From: an uncultured Phycisphaerae bacterium | GTDB lineage: Bacteria > Planctomycetota > Phycisphaerae > SM23-33 | Length of the DNA: 64,000 nt | NCBI GenBank assembly: GCA_963760365.1 | Contig: CAVXDC010000008.1 | Span: forward strand, 15,328 to 79,327 | Direction of reading: 5' to 3' | In this document: positions 29,327 through 39,081 of the stretch, piece by piece | Layout of the letters: each line of letters opens with the position of its first letter | Position numbering within the stretch: the stretch's first letter is position 1 | Position numbers and translations under genes: made by a program | Notes under the pieces: model-generated | Database searches by the model: none | Seen by the model: the letters and a program-made list of their open reading frames with translations, nothing else | Told to the model about the DNA's origin: nothing

Positions 29327-30378
29327 GCTTTTTCAAGGACAACATCGAGGCGATGGACGCCTACGTGCCCGGCGAGCAGCCGGTGGACATGGACGGCATC
29401 GTCAAGCTCAACCAGAACGAGAACCCCTATCCGCCGTCGCCGCGGGCGCTGGCGGTGCTGCGGGAGTTTGACGGCTCGTTGCTGCGCCTGTATCCCGACC
29501 CGATGGTGGCCCGTTTTCGCAAGGCCGCCGCGGAGCTTCTGGGCGTGGCGGAGGACTGGATCCTGCCCGGGGACGGCAGCGATGACTTGATTATCATGAT
29601 TGCCCGCGCCGCCGCCGGGCCGGGCCGGCCGGTGGCCTATCCGCATCCGACCTTCCCCTTCTTCCTCACGCAGGGGCAGGTCGAGAACGCCCCGTGCATC
29701 GAGGTGCCGTGCCCCCAGGACTTTTCGCTGCCCCTGGAGGGATTGGCCAAGGCCAATGCGGCCGTGACGTTCCTGGCCAGCCCCAACAGCCCCACCGGTG
29801 CGACGGCCACACCGGAGGAGCTGGACTGGCTGGCGGGGAAACTCGACGGGCTGCTGGTCATCGATGAGGCCTACGTGGACTTCGCCGACCGCGACGCCGC
29901 GCGCCTGGCCGTCCAGCGCCGCAACGTCGTCGTGCTGCGGACGCTGTCCAAAGGCTACTCGCTGGCCGGCCTGCGCCTGGGATTCGGCCTGGCCAATCCG
30001 CTGCTGATGGACGGGCTTTTGAAGACCAAGGCTATCTACAACGTCGGTCCGCTGCCGGCGGCTGTGGGGGCCGCGGCCCTGGCCGACCGGGAGTATCACG
30101 ACCGCTGCGTGGCGCTGATCCGCGCCGAGCGCGACCGATTGAAGAAGGAACTGACCGCCCGCGGATTTTTTGTCTATCCCAGCGGTGGGAATTTCCTGAT
30201 GGTGACTGTGCCCGGCGGCGACGGGCTGGCGGTCTTTGAAGCCCTCAAGGCCCGGAACGTGCTAGTCCGATACTTCAACGAGACAATCCTCCGCGACAAG
30301 CTGCGGATTACCGTCGGCACCGAGCAGGAGAACGACGCGTTGCTGGCGGCTTTGGATGATTGGAGGGGACAGCGATGA
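29323..30378 (+). CDS. hisC: Histidinol-phosphate aminotransferase
   Basis: YVPGEQP, KLNQNENPY, SPNSPTG, DEAY, RTLSKGYSLAGLRLG. Confidence 0.97.
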   Translation: MSFFKDNIEAMDAYVPGEQPVDMDGIVKLNQNENPYPPSPRALAVLREFDGSLLRLYPDPMVARFRKAAAELLGVAEDWILPGDGSDDLIIMIARAAAGPGRPVAYPHPTFPFFLTQGQVENAPCIEVPCPQDFSLPLEGLAKANAAVTFLASPNSPTGATATPEELDWLAGKLDGLLVIDEAYVDFADRDAARLAVQRRNVVVLRTLSKGYSLAGLRLGFGLANPLLMDGLLKTKAIYNVGPLPAAVGAAALADREYHDRCVALIRAERDRLKKELTARGFFVYPSGGNFLMVTVPGGDGLAVFEALKARNVLVRYFNETILRDKLRITVGTEQENDALLAALDDWRGQR

Positions 30379-30968
30379 GCACACGATCCGCCAACATCAC
30401 CCGCAAGACCAAGGAAACGCAGATCGAGGTCGCGCTGGACCTGGATGGCACCGGAAAAGTCAAGGCCCGAACCGGCGTGGGGTTCCTTGACCACATGCTG
30501 GACCACCTGGGCACGCACAGCGGCTGCGATTTGACCATCACGGCCAAGGGCGACGTGCGCGTGGACGACCACCACACCACCGAGGACGTGGCCTTGTGCC
30601 TGGGCGAGGCGCTGGCTAGGGCGATGGGCGACAAGGCGGGCATCCGCCGCTTCGGCTGGGCGTCGGTACCGATGGACGAGGCCTTGGCCAACGTCTCGGT
30701 GGACCTGTCGGGCCGGGCGGCGGTCGTGTTCAACGTCCGCTTCGCCGGGGACAAGATCGGTGAGTTCGACACGCAACTGGTCGAGGAGTTCTGCCGACGC
30801 CTGGCCGCCAAGGCCGGACTGAACCTGCACGTCAACGTCCCCTACGGCGGCAACGACCACCACGTGGCCGAGGCGATCTTCAAGGCCTTGGCCCAGGCCC
30901 TGCGGATGGCCAAGGAGATCGACCCGCTCCGGGCCGGGCAGGTCCCCTCCACCAAGGGCATGCTGTAA
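30375..30968 (+). CDS. hisB: Imidazoleglycerol-phosphate dehydratase
   Basis: RKTKETQI, GFLDHML, DDHHTTED, PMDEAL, NDHHVAEAIFKA, PSTKGML. Confidence 0.98.
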   Translation: MSTRSANITRKTKETQIEVALDLDGTGKVKARTGVGFLDHMLDHLGTHSGCDLTITAKGDVRVDDHHTTEDVALCLGEALARAMGDKAGIRRFGWASVPMDEALANVSVDLSGRAAVVFNVRFAGDKIGEFDTQLVEEFCRRLAAKAGLNLHVNVPYGGNDHHVAEAIFKALAQALRMAKEIDPLRAGQVPSTKGML

Positions 30969-31062
30969 GGCATCTGGTGGGCAGCGGGTGGTCAAAAACC
31001 TCGCTGCGCGAATGCGCCGCACCGTCCGCACCACCGCCCGCAGCAGTGTAGGAAACTTCCTC

Positions 31063-31536
31063 ATGGCCAAGCTGACCGTCCTGGGCATCGGCAATATCCT
31101 GATGCAGGACGACGGGGTGGGCGTCCGCCTGCTGGAGGCGGTGCGGCAGGCCAAAGTCTGGCCGGAGGAGGTGGAGTTCGTCGACGGCGGGGTGGGGGGC
31201 TTGAACCTGATGGGCGTTCTCGAATCGGCCCGGCGATTGATCGTCTTCGACGCCGCCGACATGCAGCTGCCGGTTGGCCAATACCGCATCGTCACCGCCT
31301 CGCAGCTTGCCGACCAGACCATCGGCCGAATCAGCCTTCACGAGATGCCCTTGGTCCAGACCCTTGCGCTGTGCCGCCAGTTCTCCACCGCCCCGGAGGA
31401 CGTGACTATCCTGGCCATCCAGCCGGCGCAGGTGGACTACGGAAAAGGTTTGAGCGCCGCCCTCGAGCGGGAATTTGATAGACTCATCCAGGCCGCCGTG
31501 GCGCTGGTGGAGGAAAAACTCTCCCAGCCGCCGTAG
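31063..31536 (+). CDS. Hydrogenase maturation protease (HyaD/HybD family)
   Basis: VLGIGNILMQDDGVGV, VDGG, LIVFDA, SLHE, IQP. Confidence 0.92.
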   Translation: MAKLTVLGIGNILMQDDGVGVRLLEAVRQAKVWPEEVEFVDGGVGGLNLMGVLESARRLIVFDAADMQLPVGQYRIVTASQLADQTIGRISLHEMPLVQTLALCRQFSTAPEDVTILAIQPAQVDYGKGLSAALEREFDRLIQAAVALVEEKLSQPP

Positions 31537-31592
31537 CAAATCCGCACGGCTGCATACAGCGCAGCCGTGGCACCCCGCAAAGTCTAATCATC

Positions 31593-31892
31593 ATGCACGA
31601 GCACGGACTGGCTAAAGACCTCTTTCCGCAATTGAAGCAGATCGCCGACGCGCGGGGGCTGACGCGCGTGAAGCGGCTGGAGATGATCGTCGGACTGCTG
31701 CACGGCGCCTCGGCCGAGACGCTGGTCCACAGCTTCACCCACGCCTTCCAGGGCACAAACTTCGAAGGGGCCCAGGTGATCGTCACCATCGTCGAGCCGG
31801 GCCAGGAGTACATGCCGCCCTACGCTTCGCAACCTACTACCGCCCACGGATGGGAGCTCCTGATCGTGCGGATGGAGGAGGGGGAAGAATAA
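31593..31892 (+). CDS. HypA/HybF-like nickel chaperone lacking the zinc-finger cysteines
   Basis: MHE N-terminus, V..L..G.L, F..T.FEGA, G.EL.I..ME; no Cys at all. Confidence 0.75.
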   Translation: MHEHGLAKDLFPQLKQIADARGLTRVKRLEMIVGLLHGASAETLVHSFTHAFQGTNFEGAQVIVTIVEPGQEYMPPYASQPTTAHGWELLIVRMEEGEE

Positions 31893-31925
31893 GTGCGAAG
31901 GTCGAAGTGCGAAGTGCGTCGTGCG
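31891..31925. repeat. Degenerate heptamer tandem repeat
   Basis: aagtgcg aaggtcg aagtgcg aagtgcg tcgtgcg. Confidence 0.7.
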
Positions 31926-31971
31926 AAACGGGGCACTCATGCGGCCTAAAACACGGCTGTGAGGGGGAACT

Positions 31972-33012
31972 TCAGGCGGTGGTGGTTTGGGCGTCGTCGG
32001 AGAGGTGGCTGAAGGCGATGATGGGCGTGTCGGGACGCTCTTTGGCCACGTAGAGCGCACGGTCGGCCATGGACAGCAGCGCGTCGGCATTGGCGGGCTG
32101 ATCGGCCTCCAGCGAGGCCACGCCCGCCGACAAGGTGACGCTCCGCCCCAGTCCGTCCTTTCGTCCGCTTTCCAAGGCCAGTTGCTGGCGGATTCGCTCC
32201 CCCACCGCCAGGCCCCGCTCCACGGAGGTGTGCGGCAGCAGCAGCACAAACTCATCCCCGCCGTAACGGGCGGCCACATCGCTGCTGCGGAGCGAGGAGC
32301 GGATGATGTCGGCGGCGATGACCAGCACCTCGTCGCCCACCTGGTGGCCCAAGGTATCGTTGATCTGCTTGTAGTCGTCCAGGTCGGTCATGCAGCAGGT
32401 CAGGTCGAACCCGTAGCGGCAGGCCTCGGAGAAGTGCCGCTCCAGCAGCTCGGCGAAGTGCCGCCGGTTGGCCAGGCCCGTGAGGTGGTCGGTGATGGCC
32501 ATCGTCTTGACCTGCGCGAGCATCTCCTCCAACTGCGTGTTCTTGACCCGCAGCTCCCCCAGCATGGCCTGGTGCTCCCGCTGGAGCCGCTCGTTCTCCT
32601 TCTTGATGTGGTGCAGGCGGAGGTTCTTGTCCACCAGCACCGGGATGCCGAACAGGTAGTCCCCCAGCTTCACCACGTAGTCCATCGCGCCGCGCTGGAT
32701 CGCCTCGGCCGCGGCGGCGCAACTGTTCTCGCCCGTCACGAAGATGACCGGCAGGTCGACCCGCGCGAGGATCTTCTCCAGCAGCGCCAGCCCCGGCATG
32801 TCCCGCAGGCGGAAGTCCAGCAGGACGACGTCGAAGGACTCCAGCTTCGCGGCCATGCACTCGCTGGCCGATCCGACGGCCACGATGTGGCGGAACTGCG
32901 GATCGTCGTAATAAACGCTCAGGGCCTCGCACAACAGCTGCCGCTGATCGTTGTCGTCTTCGACGATCAGGATTCGTGGCTTGCGGGGGTTTTCAGTCGC
33001 TTCGGCGTTCAT
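31972..33012 (-). CDS. Response regulator diguanylate cyclase (REC-GGDEF)
   Basis: REC domain, DHLTGLANRR, intact ARYGGDEF with an RSSD I-site. Confidence 0.95.
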   Translation of the reverse strand: MNAEATENPRKPRILIVEDDNDQRQLLCEALSVYYDDPQFRHIVAVGSASECMAAKLESFDVVLLDFRLRDMPGLALLEKILARVDLPVIFVTGENSCAAAAEAIQRGAMDYVVKLGDYLFGIPVLVDKNLRLHHIKKENERLQREHQAMLGELRVKNTQLEEMLAQVKTMAITDHLTGLANRRHFAELLERHFSEACRYGFDLTCCMTDLDDYKQINDTLGHQVGDEVLVIAADIIRSSLRSSDVAARYGGDEFVLLLPHTSVERGLAVGERIRQQLALESGRKDGLGRSVTLSAGVASLEADQPANADALLSMADRALYVAKERPDTPIIAFSHLSDDAQTTTA

Positions 33013-34175
33013 GGGTTTTTGCCAGGGTTCAGTCGCCTGCGGGGGCCTGGCGGCTTTCGCCTTCGGTGCAGGTTATGTTGCGCTCTGGTTCTTCCGGCGT
33101 GCGGAACGTCCCGCTGGCTGGGGCCGCGGCGCCGAGTAGATAAGTCGTCCTCGGCCGGCGGGGCAGTCTGCTGGAGGGACAACGTTAAGCAGAAGCTTGA
33201 GCCCCGTCCTTCCTGCGACTCCACCCACACCCTGCCGCCGTAGGCGGAGGCAATCGCGCTGACCACCGCCAGGCCGATGCCCTTGCCGGGAACCTTGGCC
33301 GCCTGGGCCGTGGGGGTCCGTCGGAAGGGGAAAAAAATCTCCCGCTGCTGGTCGGCCGGGACGCCCGGCCCATTGTCCGTGACGCGGAACTCGTGGTACG
33401 GGCCGTCAATCCGGTGGCGGACGACAATCCTCCCGCCGGCGGGCTTGTCCATGTACTTGATGGCATTGTCGATGAGGTTCTGGAAGGCCTGGGCGATGCG
33501 GGTCTTCTCGGCGTGCAGGTGGGGCATCGTGCCGGCGACGTCCAGGCGGATGCCGCGGTCTTGAAGCTCAAACTCAAAGTGGCGGGCCTGCTCGGCGAGC
33601 ACCTCCGCGACGTCCACCCTCCGGCACCGCGCCGGTCCGGAGCGGATGCGCGACAGCTCCAGCAGCTCGGCGATCATGGCCGCTTGGGCGTCGGCGTTGG
33701 CGCGGATGCGCTCCAGGCGATGGCGGACGTCTTGGGGCAGGTCCTGGCCGTTCTTCAGCAACAGCATCGTGGCCATGCCGGCGATGTTCCGCAGCGGCGC
33801 GCCCAGGTCGTGGCTGACGGCCCGCAGGAATTCCTCTTTGTCGGCCAGCTCCGCCGTCATGCGACGGTTGGCCTCGGTCAGTTCCGCCGTGCGCCGGGCC
33901 ACTCTGGGCTTCAAGAGCATCCACCACACCAGCAGGGACCCCAAAGGAATCGCACAGGCGACAAGGCCCACGGCCATCACGAGCACCCGCTCCGGCGGCG
34001 ACGGCGCGGCGGCAAAGTAAAACCACCACCCGCCGCCCACCACGAAGAAGACCACCGCTGCAAGGAGCAGCATGGCCCTAGGCCCAGGCCTTGGGAGCTT
34101 GATGCGCAAATGAAGATGTCGCCTCTGGTCGGGCATGGGCATATCCGCTGGCCAAAGAGAGTGCCGCAAATGCAT
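33009..34175 (-). CDS. Membrane sensor histidine kinase (start uncertain)
   Basis: Two TMs, SHDLGAPL, NLIDNAIKY, DNGPG, GKGIGL; ATGA overlap with the cyclase. Confidence 0.92.
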   Translation of the reverse strand: MHLRHSLWPADMPMPDQRRHLHLRIKLPRPGPRAMLLLAAVVFFVVGGGWWFYFAAAPSPPERVLVMAVGLVACAIPLGSLLVWWMLLKPRVARRTAELTEANRRMTAELADKEEFLRAVSHDLGAPLRNIAGMATMLLLKNGQDLPQDVRHRLERIRANADAQAAMIAELLELSRIRSGPARCRRVDVAEVLAEQARHFEFELQDRGIRLDVAGTMPHLHAEKTRIAQAFQNLIDNAIKYMDKPAGGRIVVRHRIDGPYHEFRVTDNGPGVPADQQREIFFPFRRTPTAQAAKVPGKGIGLAVVSAIASAYGGRVWVESQEGRGSSFCLTLSLQQTAPPAEDDLSTRRRGPSQRDVPHAGRTRAQHNLHRRRKPPGPRRRLNPGKNP

Positions 34176-34357
34176 TTATCGGCAAGACCGGTCAGCGACT
34201 TCGGTTACGACAATAAGCAGGTTAAGGCCCAAGCGGCAGGCAAAAGAGGACGGATCGGCACCGGCCCTTCTGAGCGTTTTTTGTCAAAAAAGCCTAGAAA
34301 GCTCAGGAAGCCAGGAAAGATTTATGGCGAACAGGTCGAACGTTTGGGTTTTTGGGC

Positions 34358-34386
34358 TTGCATGATACACACCCGTAAGCTATACT
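34358..34386 (+). promoter_or_regulatory. Putative sigma70 promoter for the enhancer-binding protein
   Basis: TTGCAT-N17-TATACT. Confidence 0.55.
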
Positions 34387-34480
34387 GGTGTACCGTAGAG
34401 GCGCTTATCTCCACGGAGGTACCTCTTTAGTTTCGCACGGAGGCTTGCTTTATCAGTATCCATTTCGCAGGCATGGTCGG

Positions 34481-35560
34481 ATGAAGGAAGTAGGAGGAGA
34501 CACACATCCGTGCCTTGCTAGTCGCTCACTGCAAGGCGATTTCGCAGTCGGTGCGGTACTGGTCGGAGCCAGTGTTCCCTTCCGGAACGTTCTGAGGCTC
34601 GCTGACGCGGTGGCCGCCAACGACTGCGTGGTGCTGCTGGAAGGAGAGTCCGGCACCGGCAAAGAACTCCTGGCCAGGCGGATCCACGCCTATTCCAAGC
34701 GGGCCGGCGGACCGTTCATTCCCATCAGTTGCCCCTCCGTAACCTCAAGTCTTTTTGAGAGCCAGTTTTACGGCCACGTGCGCGGGGCGTTCACCGGCGC
34801 TTCCACCAACACGCTGGGCATCGTCCGGGCCGCCGAGGGCGGCACGCTGCTGCTGGATGAGATCGGGGAGCTGCCGCTGCACCTTCAGCCCAAGCTGCTG
34901 AGGCTGATCCAGCAGCGCGAGGTGACCCCCGTGGGGGCGTCCAAGCCCATCGCGGTGGACGTCCGCTTCATCGCGGCCACCAACTGCAACCTCGCCCGCC
35001 GGGCCGCCGAAGGTAAGTTCCGATCGGACCTGTACCACCGCCTGAACGTCGTCCGCATCGTCATCCCGCCGCTGCGGGACCGGCGGGAAGACATCGCGCT
35101 GCTGCTGGACTTCTACCTGGACTACTACGCCCAGCTCTACGAGATGCCCCCCCGCCAGCTCGTTCCGAACCTGCGGGAAGCGCTGCTGAAGTACCCCTGG
35201 CCGGGGAACGTCCGCGAGTTGTGCGGGTACCTGGAGCGGCAGTACGCGGCCAAGATGCCGCTAGTCATGCCCGATGCCATCGATTGGGACGATGGCAGCC
35301 TCCTAAGGGCAACCGAGGCGGAAGAGGATGCGGATGAGAATGAGGATGAGAAAAAGGTTTCGTCGGAACCCACCCGGCCCGGCAACCGCCGCAGGAAGTC
35401 GGACCGCCCCGAGCCGCTCACGCTGGCCCAGGCCGAGGCGGACATGATCCGCCGGGCGCTGGAGCTGACCCAGTACAACCGCTCCGCCGCCGCCAAGCTG
35501 CTCCAAATCCACCGCTCGACCCTCCAGCGCAAGATCCGCCTGCTGGGCCTGGACCGCTGA
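34481..35560 (+). CDS. sigma54 enhancer-binding protein without an N-terminal regulatory domain
   Basis: GESGTGKE, GAFTGA, LLLDEIG, FRSDLYHRL, WPGNVREL, Fis HTH; the AAA+ domain starts about 25 aa from the N-terminus. Confidence 0.92.
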   Translation: MKEVGGDTHPCLASRSLQGDFAVGAVLVGASVPFRNVLRLADAVAANDCVVLLEGESGTGKELLARRIHAYSKRAGGPFIPISCPSVTSSLFESQFYGHVRGAFTGASTNTLGIVRAAEGGTLLLDEIGELPLHLQPKLLRLIQQREVTPVGASKPIAVDVRFIAATNCNLARRAAEGKFRSDLYHRLNVVRIVIPPLRDRREDIALLLDFYLDYYAQLYEMPPRQLVPNLREALLKYPWPGNVRELCGYLERQYAAKMPLVMPDAIDWDDGSLLRATEAEEDADENEDEKKVSSEPTRPGNRRRKSDRPEPLTLAQAEADMIRRALELTQYNRSAAAKLLQIHRSTLQRKIRLLGLDR

Positions 35561-35688
35561 CTCTTCCCGCCCTAGGCGCCCCAATCCGGCTAGGCCAAGG
35601 TAGTCCTCGCCCCCCTTCCGCCTCCTTCGTCAGTGCACCAACCGTCCCTGTCCCAGCCATCGCGGCAGCGCCCCAGATTGAAGCAATG

Positions 35689-35842
35689 TGTAGCATACGG
35701 CGGCGGGCGCTGTCGCATCTCGCGACAACGGCCTGGGCAGCGAGCGAAGGGGGCAGAATAAGTTTTGCATTTTTATCTCGTTGTCTTCACACGAGTTTCA
35801 AGTTTCTCATCTGAAATAATTCTGCCCGGCATCGTCCTTGCT
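35689..35842 (+). promoter_or_regulatory. sigma54 promoter with upstream activator palindrome
   Basis: TGTCGC-N5-GCGACA (35711-35727), a degenerate copy at 35689, an AT-rich tract, then CGGCATC-GTCC-TTGCT (35827-35842). Confidence 0.75.
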
Positions 35843-35877
35843 TAGGTATGGAGTGGAGCGAGGTGGAAGGAAGGGAG

Positions 35878-36483
35878 ATGTGTCGAGACGTTGGAGGCCG
35901 GTCTTCGGCGATGAGGCCGGGCCGATCTGAGAAGTGTATCGTCATGGCCTGCGACGACTGTGACGAGGCCGATCAGATTGACCAGGAAATCTCAAAAGTC
36001 AATAACGGTCGTCTTCGGACGTACTACGGTTTATTTGACTTGATGGAGAACCCTCCGCAGGAGCGCATCGTGGCGGCCATTTTGGCCACCCGTGCCGATC
36101 CGGAGACGATAGGACAAACCTTACAGTGGATGCGACACCGTTGGCCCCGTTGTCCCATGACGGTGGTGGGCGACGTGGGGGGCCAGGAGCATGAACTCGC
36201 CGCCCGAGAGAATGGAGCGAACTTCCTGACCAGGCCGGTGACGTCCTCCCAATGGAGAGCGATTGTGGATCACGCGACCGGCCAAGCGCAGTTTGTGGAA
36301 GAGTTTGTGGAAGGAGGGAGCAGCCCAGCACGGGCCGGGTCACCAAACAGTGGCCTGAAAGGCGGCAGGTCACCAGCGAGTCTGGAGCCTGCGACGGCTC
36401 GATCTAGACTAAGGCCGTCTGCAAACGTGAGGTTGTCTAAACTTGAGGAACCTCTGGAGCGACGACCCAGCAAGCGGAGATAA
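35878..36483 (+). CDS. Atypical (pseudo)receiver domain protein
   Basis: CheY-like C-terminal half (WPRCPMTVVG..ELAARENGANFLTRPV) without the canonical Asp/Lys; low-complexity tail. Confidence 0.65.
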   Translation: MCRDVGGRSSAMRPGRSEKCIVMACDDCDEADQIDQEISKVNNGRLRTYYGLFDLMENPPQERIVAAILATRADPETIGQTLQWMRHRWPRCPMTVVGDVGGQEHELAARENGANFLTRPVTSSQWRAIVDHATGQAQFVEEFVEGGSSPARAGSPNSGLKGGRSPASLEPATARSRLRPSANVRLSKLEEPLERRPSKRR

Positions 36484-36489
36484 GCGCCC

Positions 36490-36718
36490 TCTTGCAGTTG
36501 CCTTCCTCCTCCTCCTGAGGCAACTTGGTCGTTAGAGGTTTCTCATGGTGGAAGTCCGTAGTCGAGCGAGCAGTGGAGATGAGCGCCCGCTGGAAAAACC
36601 TCGGTCTCTCCTCCTCCGAGGTATTCGCACGACAATGTCTCACTTGAGACGACGGATTCCTACCAAGGCGAAGGGCGATGGAGTGCCTCAAAAGAGGCAC
36701 GAAGTCGCCCCCTTTTTG
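36490..36718 (+). ncRNA. Candidate sRNA / 3'UTR RNA with two CCUCCU-loop hairpins and a terminator
   Basis: AGTTGCCT-tcctcctcctcctg-AGGCAACT, ACCTCGG-tctctcctcct-CCGAGGT, then GGGCGA..GTGCCTC-aaaa-GAGGCAC..TCGCCC-cc-TTTTT. Confidence 0.5.
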
Positions 36719-36847
36719 CACTCAGGGTGGTGTTCGCCTTCTGTTTGCCTCTTTCGCACCGGTCCGGCGGTCGGCATTTTGTTGGCGTCGTTGGGGGACA
36801 GGCGTAGAATAGCCAAAACAAAAAGGAAAGACGCCGGAGCGTTCCTT

Positions 36848-37576
36848 ATGGCCGGACTGGGAGTCAACATCGACCACGTGGCCACGCTCCGCCAGGCCCG
36901 GCGGACGGTGGAGCCCGACCCGGTCTGGGCGGCCGTGGAGGCCGAGCTGGGCGGGGCCGACGGCATCACCTTCCACCTGCGCACCGACCGCCGCCACATC
37001 AGCGACCGCGACGCCCGCCTGCTGCGGCAGACCGTCCGGTGCAAGCTGAACATGGAGATGTCGCTGGAGGAGGAGATCGTCGCGCATCGCGCTGGAGCTG
37101 AAGCCCGACCAGGCCACGCTGGTCCCGGAGAACCGCCAGGAGATCACCACCGAGGGCGGGCTGGACGTGGTCGGCCCAGCGCCGCCCGCGTGGCGGAGGT
37201 GACGCGGGCGCTTGCAGTCGGCCGGGATCGTCGTCAGCGCGTTCATCGATCCGCTGCCGCGAAGCAGGTGCAGGCCGCCCGCGACGCCGGCTGCGACGCC
37301 ATCGAGATCCACACCGGCACCTACGCCAACGCCACCGGCCCGGCCGTCGCCGAGGCGCTGGAGGCCATCCGCACCGCCCTGGAGGCCGGCCTGGCGGCCG
37401 GCCTGATCGTCCACGGCGGGCACGGGCTGACCTACAACAACATCCGCCCCGTCGCGGCCATGGCGGGCTTCGCCGAGTTCAACATCGGCCACTCCATCGT
37501 GTCCCGCGCGGTCTTCGTCGGCCTGCGCCAGGCCGTGGCCGAGATGAAACGCCTGCTGGACAAGGCGTCCAGGTAG
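36848..37576 (+). CDS. pdxJ: Pyridoxine 5'-phosphate synthase, frameshifted
   Basis: [55 protein letters not shown]. Confidence 0.96.
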   Translation: MAGLGVNIDHVATLRQARRTVEPDPVWAAVEAELGGADGITFHLRTDRRHISDRDARLLRQTVRCKLNMEMSLEEEIVAHRAGAEARPGHAGPGEPPGDHHRGRAGRGRPSAARVAEVTRALAVGRDRRQRVHRSAAAKQVQAARDAGCDAIEIHTGTYANATGPAVAEALEAIRTALEAGLAAGLIVHGGHGLTYNNIRPVAAMAGFAEFNIGHSIVSRAVFVGLRQAVAEMKRLLDKASR

Positions 37577-37626
37577 AACCGTTTCGTCACGTCACCGGTG
37601 CGGTTCGGGAGATTGGGAGAGGACCC

Positions 37627-38106
37627 ATGAAGACACTGGTGGTCTACTACTCTCGAACGGGCGTGACGGGCACGGTCGCCCAGGCCCTGGCGGGGCAGCT
37701 CCGGGCGGACATCGAGGAGCTTCGCGACCGCAAGTCCCGCCGCGGCCCGCTGGGCTGGCTGGCCGCGGGCAAGGACGCCACCCTCAAGCGGCTGACCGAC
37801 ATCGACCCGCCGCAGCCAAGGACCCCGCCGCCTACGACCTGGTGCTGGTGGGCACGCCGGTGTGGGCCTTCACGATGGCCCCGGCCGTCCGGACGTACCT
37901 GACGCAGCACGCGGCCGGCGATGAAGAAGGCGGCCTTTTTCTGCACGATGGGCGGCAGCGGCGACCAGAAGACCTTCCGCCACATGGCCGAGCTGCTCGG
38001 CAAGGAGCCGGCAGGCACGCTGGCGCTGCTGGAGAAGGACGTCCGCAGCGGCGCCTTCGCCACCGCCGTCAAGGAATTCGCCGCCGGGCTCGCGGCAGGT
38101 GGTTGA
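37627..38106 (+). CDS. Flavodoxin family protein, frameshifted
   Basis: LVVYYSRTG.T, GTPVW, AFFCTMGG across three frames. Confidence 0.88.
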
Positions 38107-38188
38107 GGTCGCCGGCGCGGGGATATAATCCCTCTTCCCTGGCATCGCCGCGGGCAGGACCCAGGGTGCAGCCCTGGGAGAGCGCACT

Positions 38189-39081
38189 ATGTCAGAACGA
38201 CCGACATTGGAAGGTTCGATGGTGGCCATGGTCACGCCGTTCGCCGGCGGCAAGGTGGACTACGACGCCCTGGGCCGGCTGATCGACTTCCAGATCGCCG
38301 GCGGCACGCAGGGCCTGGTCCCCTGCGGCACGACGGGCGAAAGCCCCACGCTGGACTACGACGAGCACGACAAGGTCATCGAGTTCATCGTCCAGCGGAC
38401 CGCCGGCAGCGTGCCCGTCATCGCCGGCACCGGCAGCAACTCCACGGCCGAGGCGCTGGACCTGACGCGCCACGCCAAGAGCTGCGGCGCCGACGCCTGC
38501 CTGATCGTCAACCCCTACTACAACAAGCCCACCCAGCACGGGCATGTCGAGCACGTCGCGCGGATCGCCGAGATCGGCCTGCCGATCGTGCTGTACAACA
38601 TCCCGTCCCGCTGCGGCGTGGCCATGACGGTCGGAGACCATCGTCCGGATGTACGAACGAGATCGAGCGGGTCGTCGCGGTCAAGGAGGCCACCGGCAGG
38701 CTGGACGTCGCCAGCCAGATCGCCGCCCGTTGCGACATCACGATCCTGTCCGGCGACGATTCGCTGACGCTGCCGATCTGCGCGGTGGGCGGCCGCGGCG
38801 TCATCAGCGTGCTGGCCAACATCCTGCCGGCAGAGGTCCGCAAGCTGTGCGACGACATCGCCGCCGGCGACATGGCCGAGGCCTGCACGCAGCACCTGAA
38901 GCTCTTCCCGCTGTTCCGCGGGATGTTCGTGGAGACCAACCCCATCCCCATCAAGGCCGCCCTGGCCATGGCGGGGATGATCCGCGAGGAGCTGCGCCTG
39001 CCGCTGACGCCGCTGAGTCCACCGCACCGTCCGGCGCTGGCGGCAATGCTCAAGGAGTTTGGAGTGCCGGTGAAGGCGTAG
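38189..39081 (+). CDS. dapA: 4-hydroxy-tetrahydrodipicolinate synthase, frameshifted
   Basis: VTPF, GTTGESPTL, GTGSNST, PYYNKP, LYNIPSR, KEATG, LSGDD, ETNPIPIKAAL. Confidence 0.96.

Noticed and set aside
36673-36712. Fluoride (crcB) riboswitch suggested by GGCGATGGAGT
   Set aside because: The downstream GCTRATGAC element is missing, and the segment folds better as a terminator.
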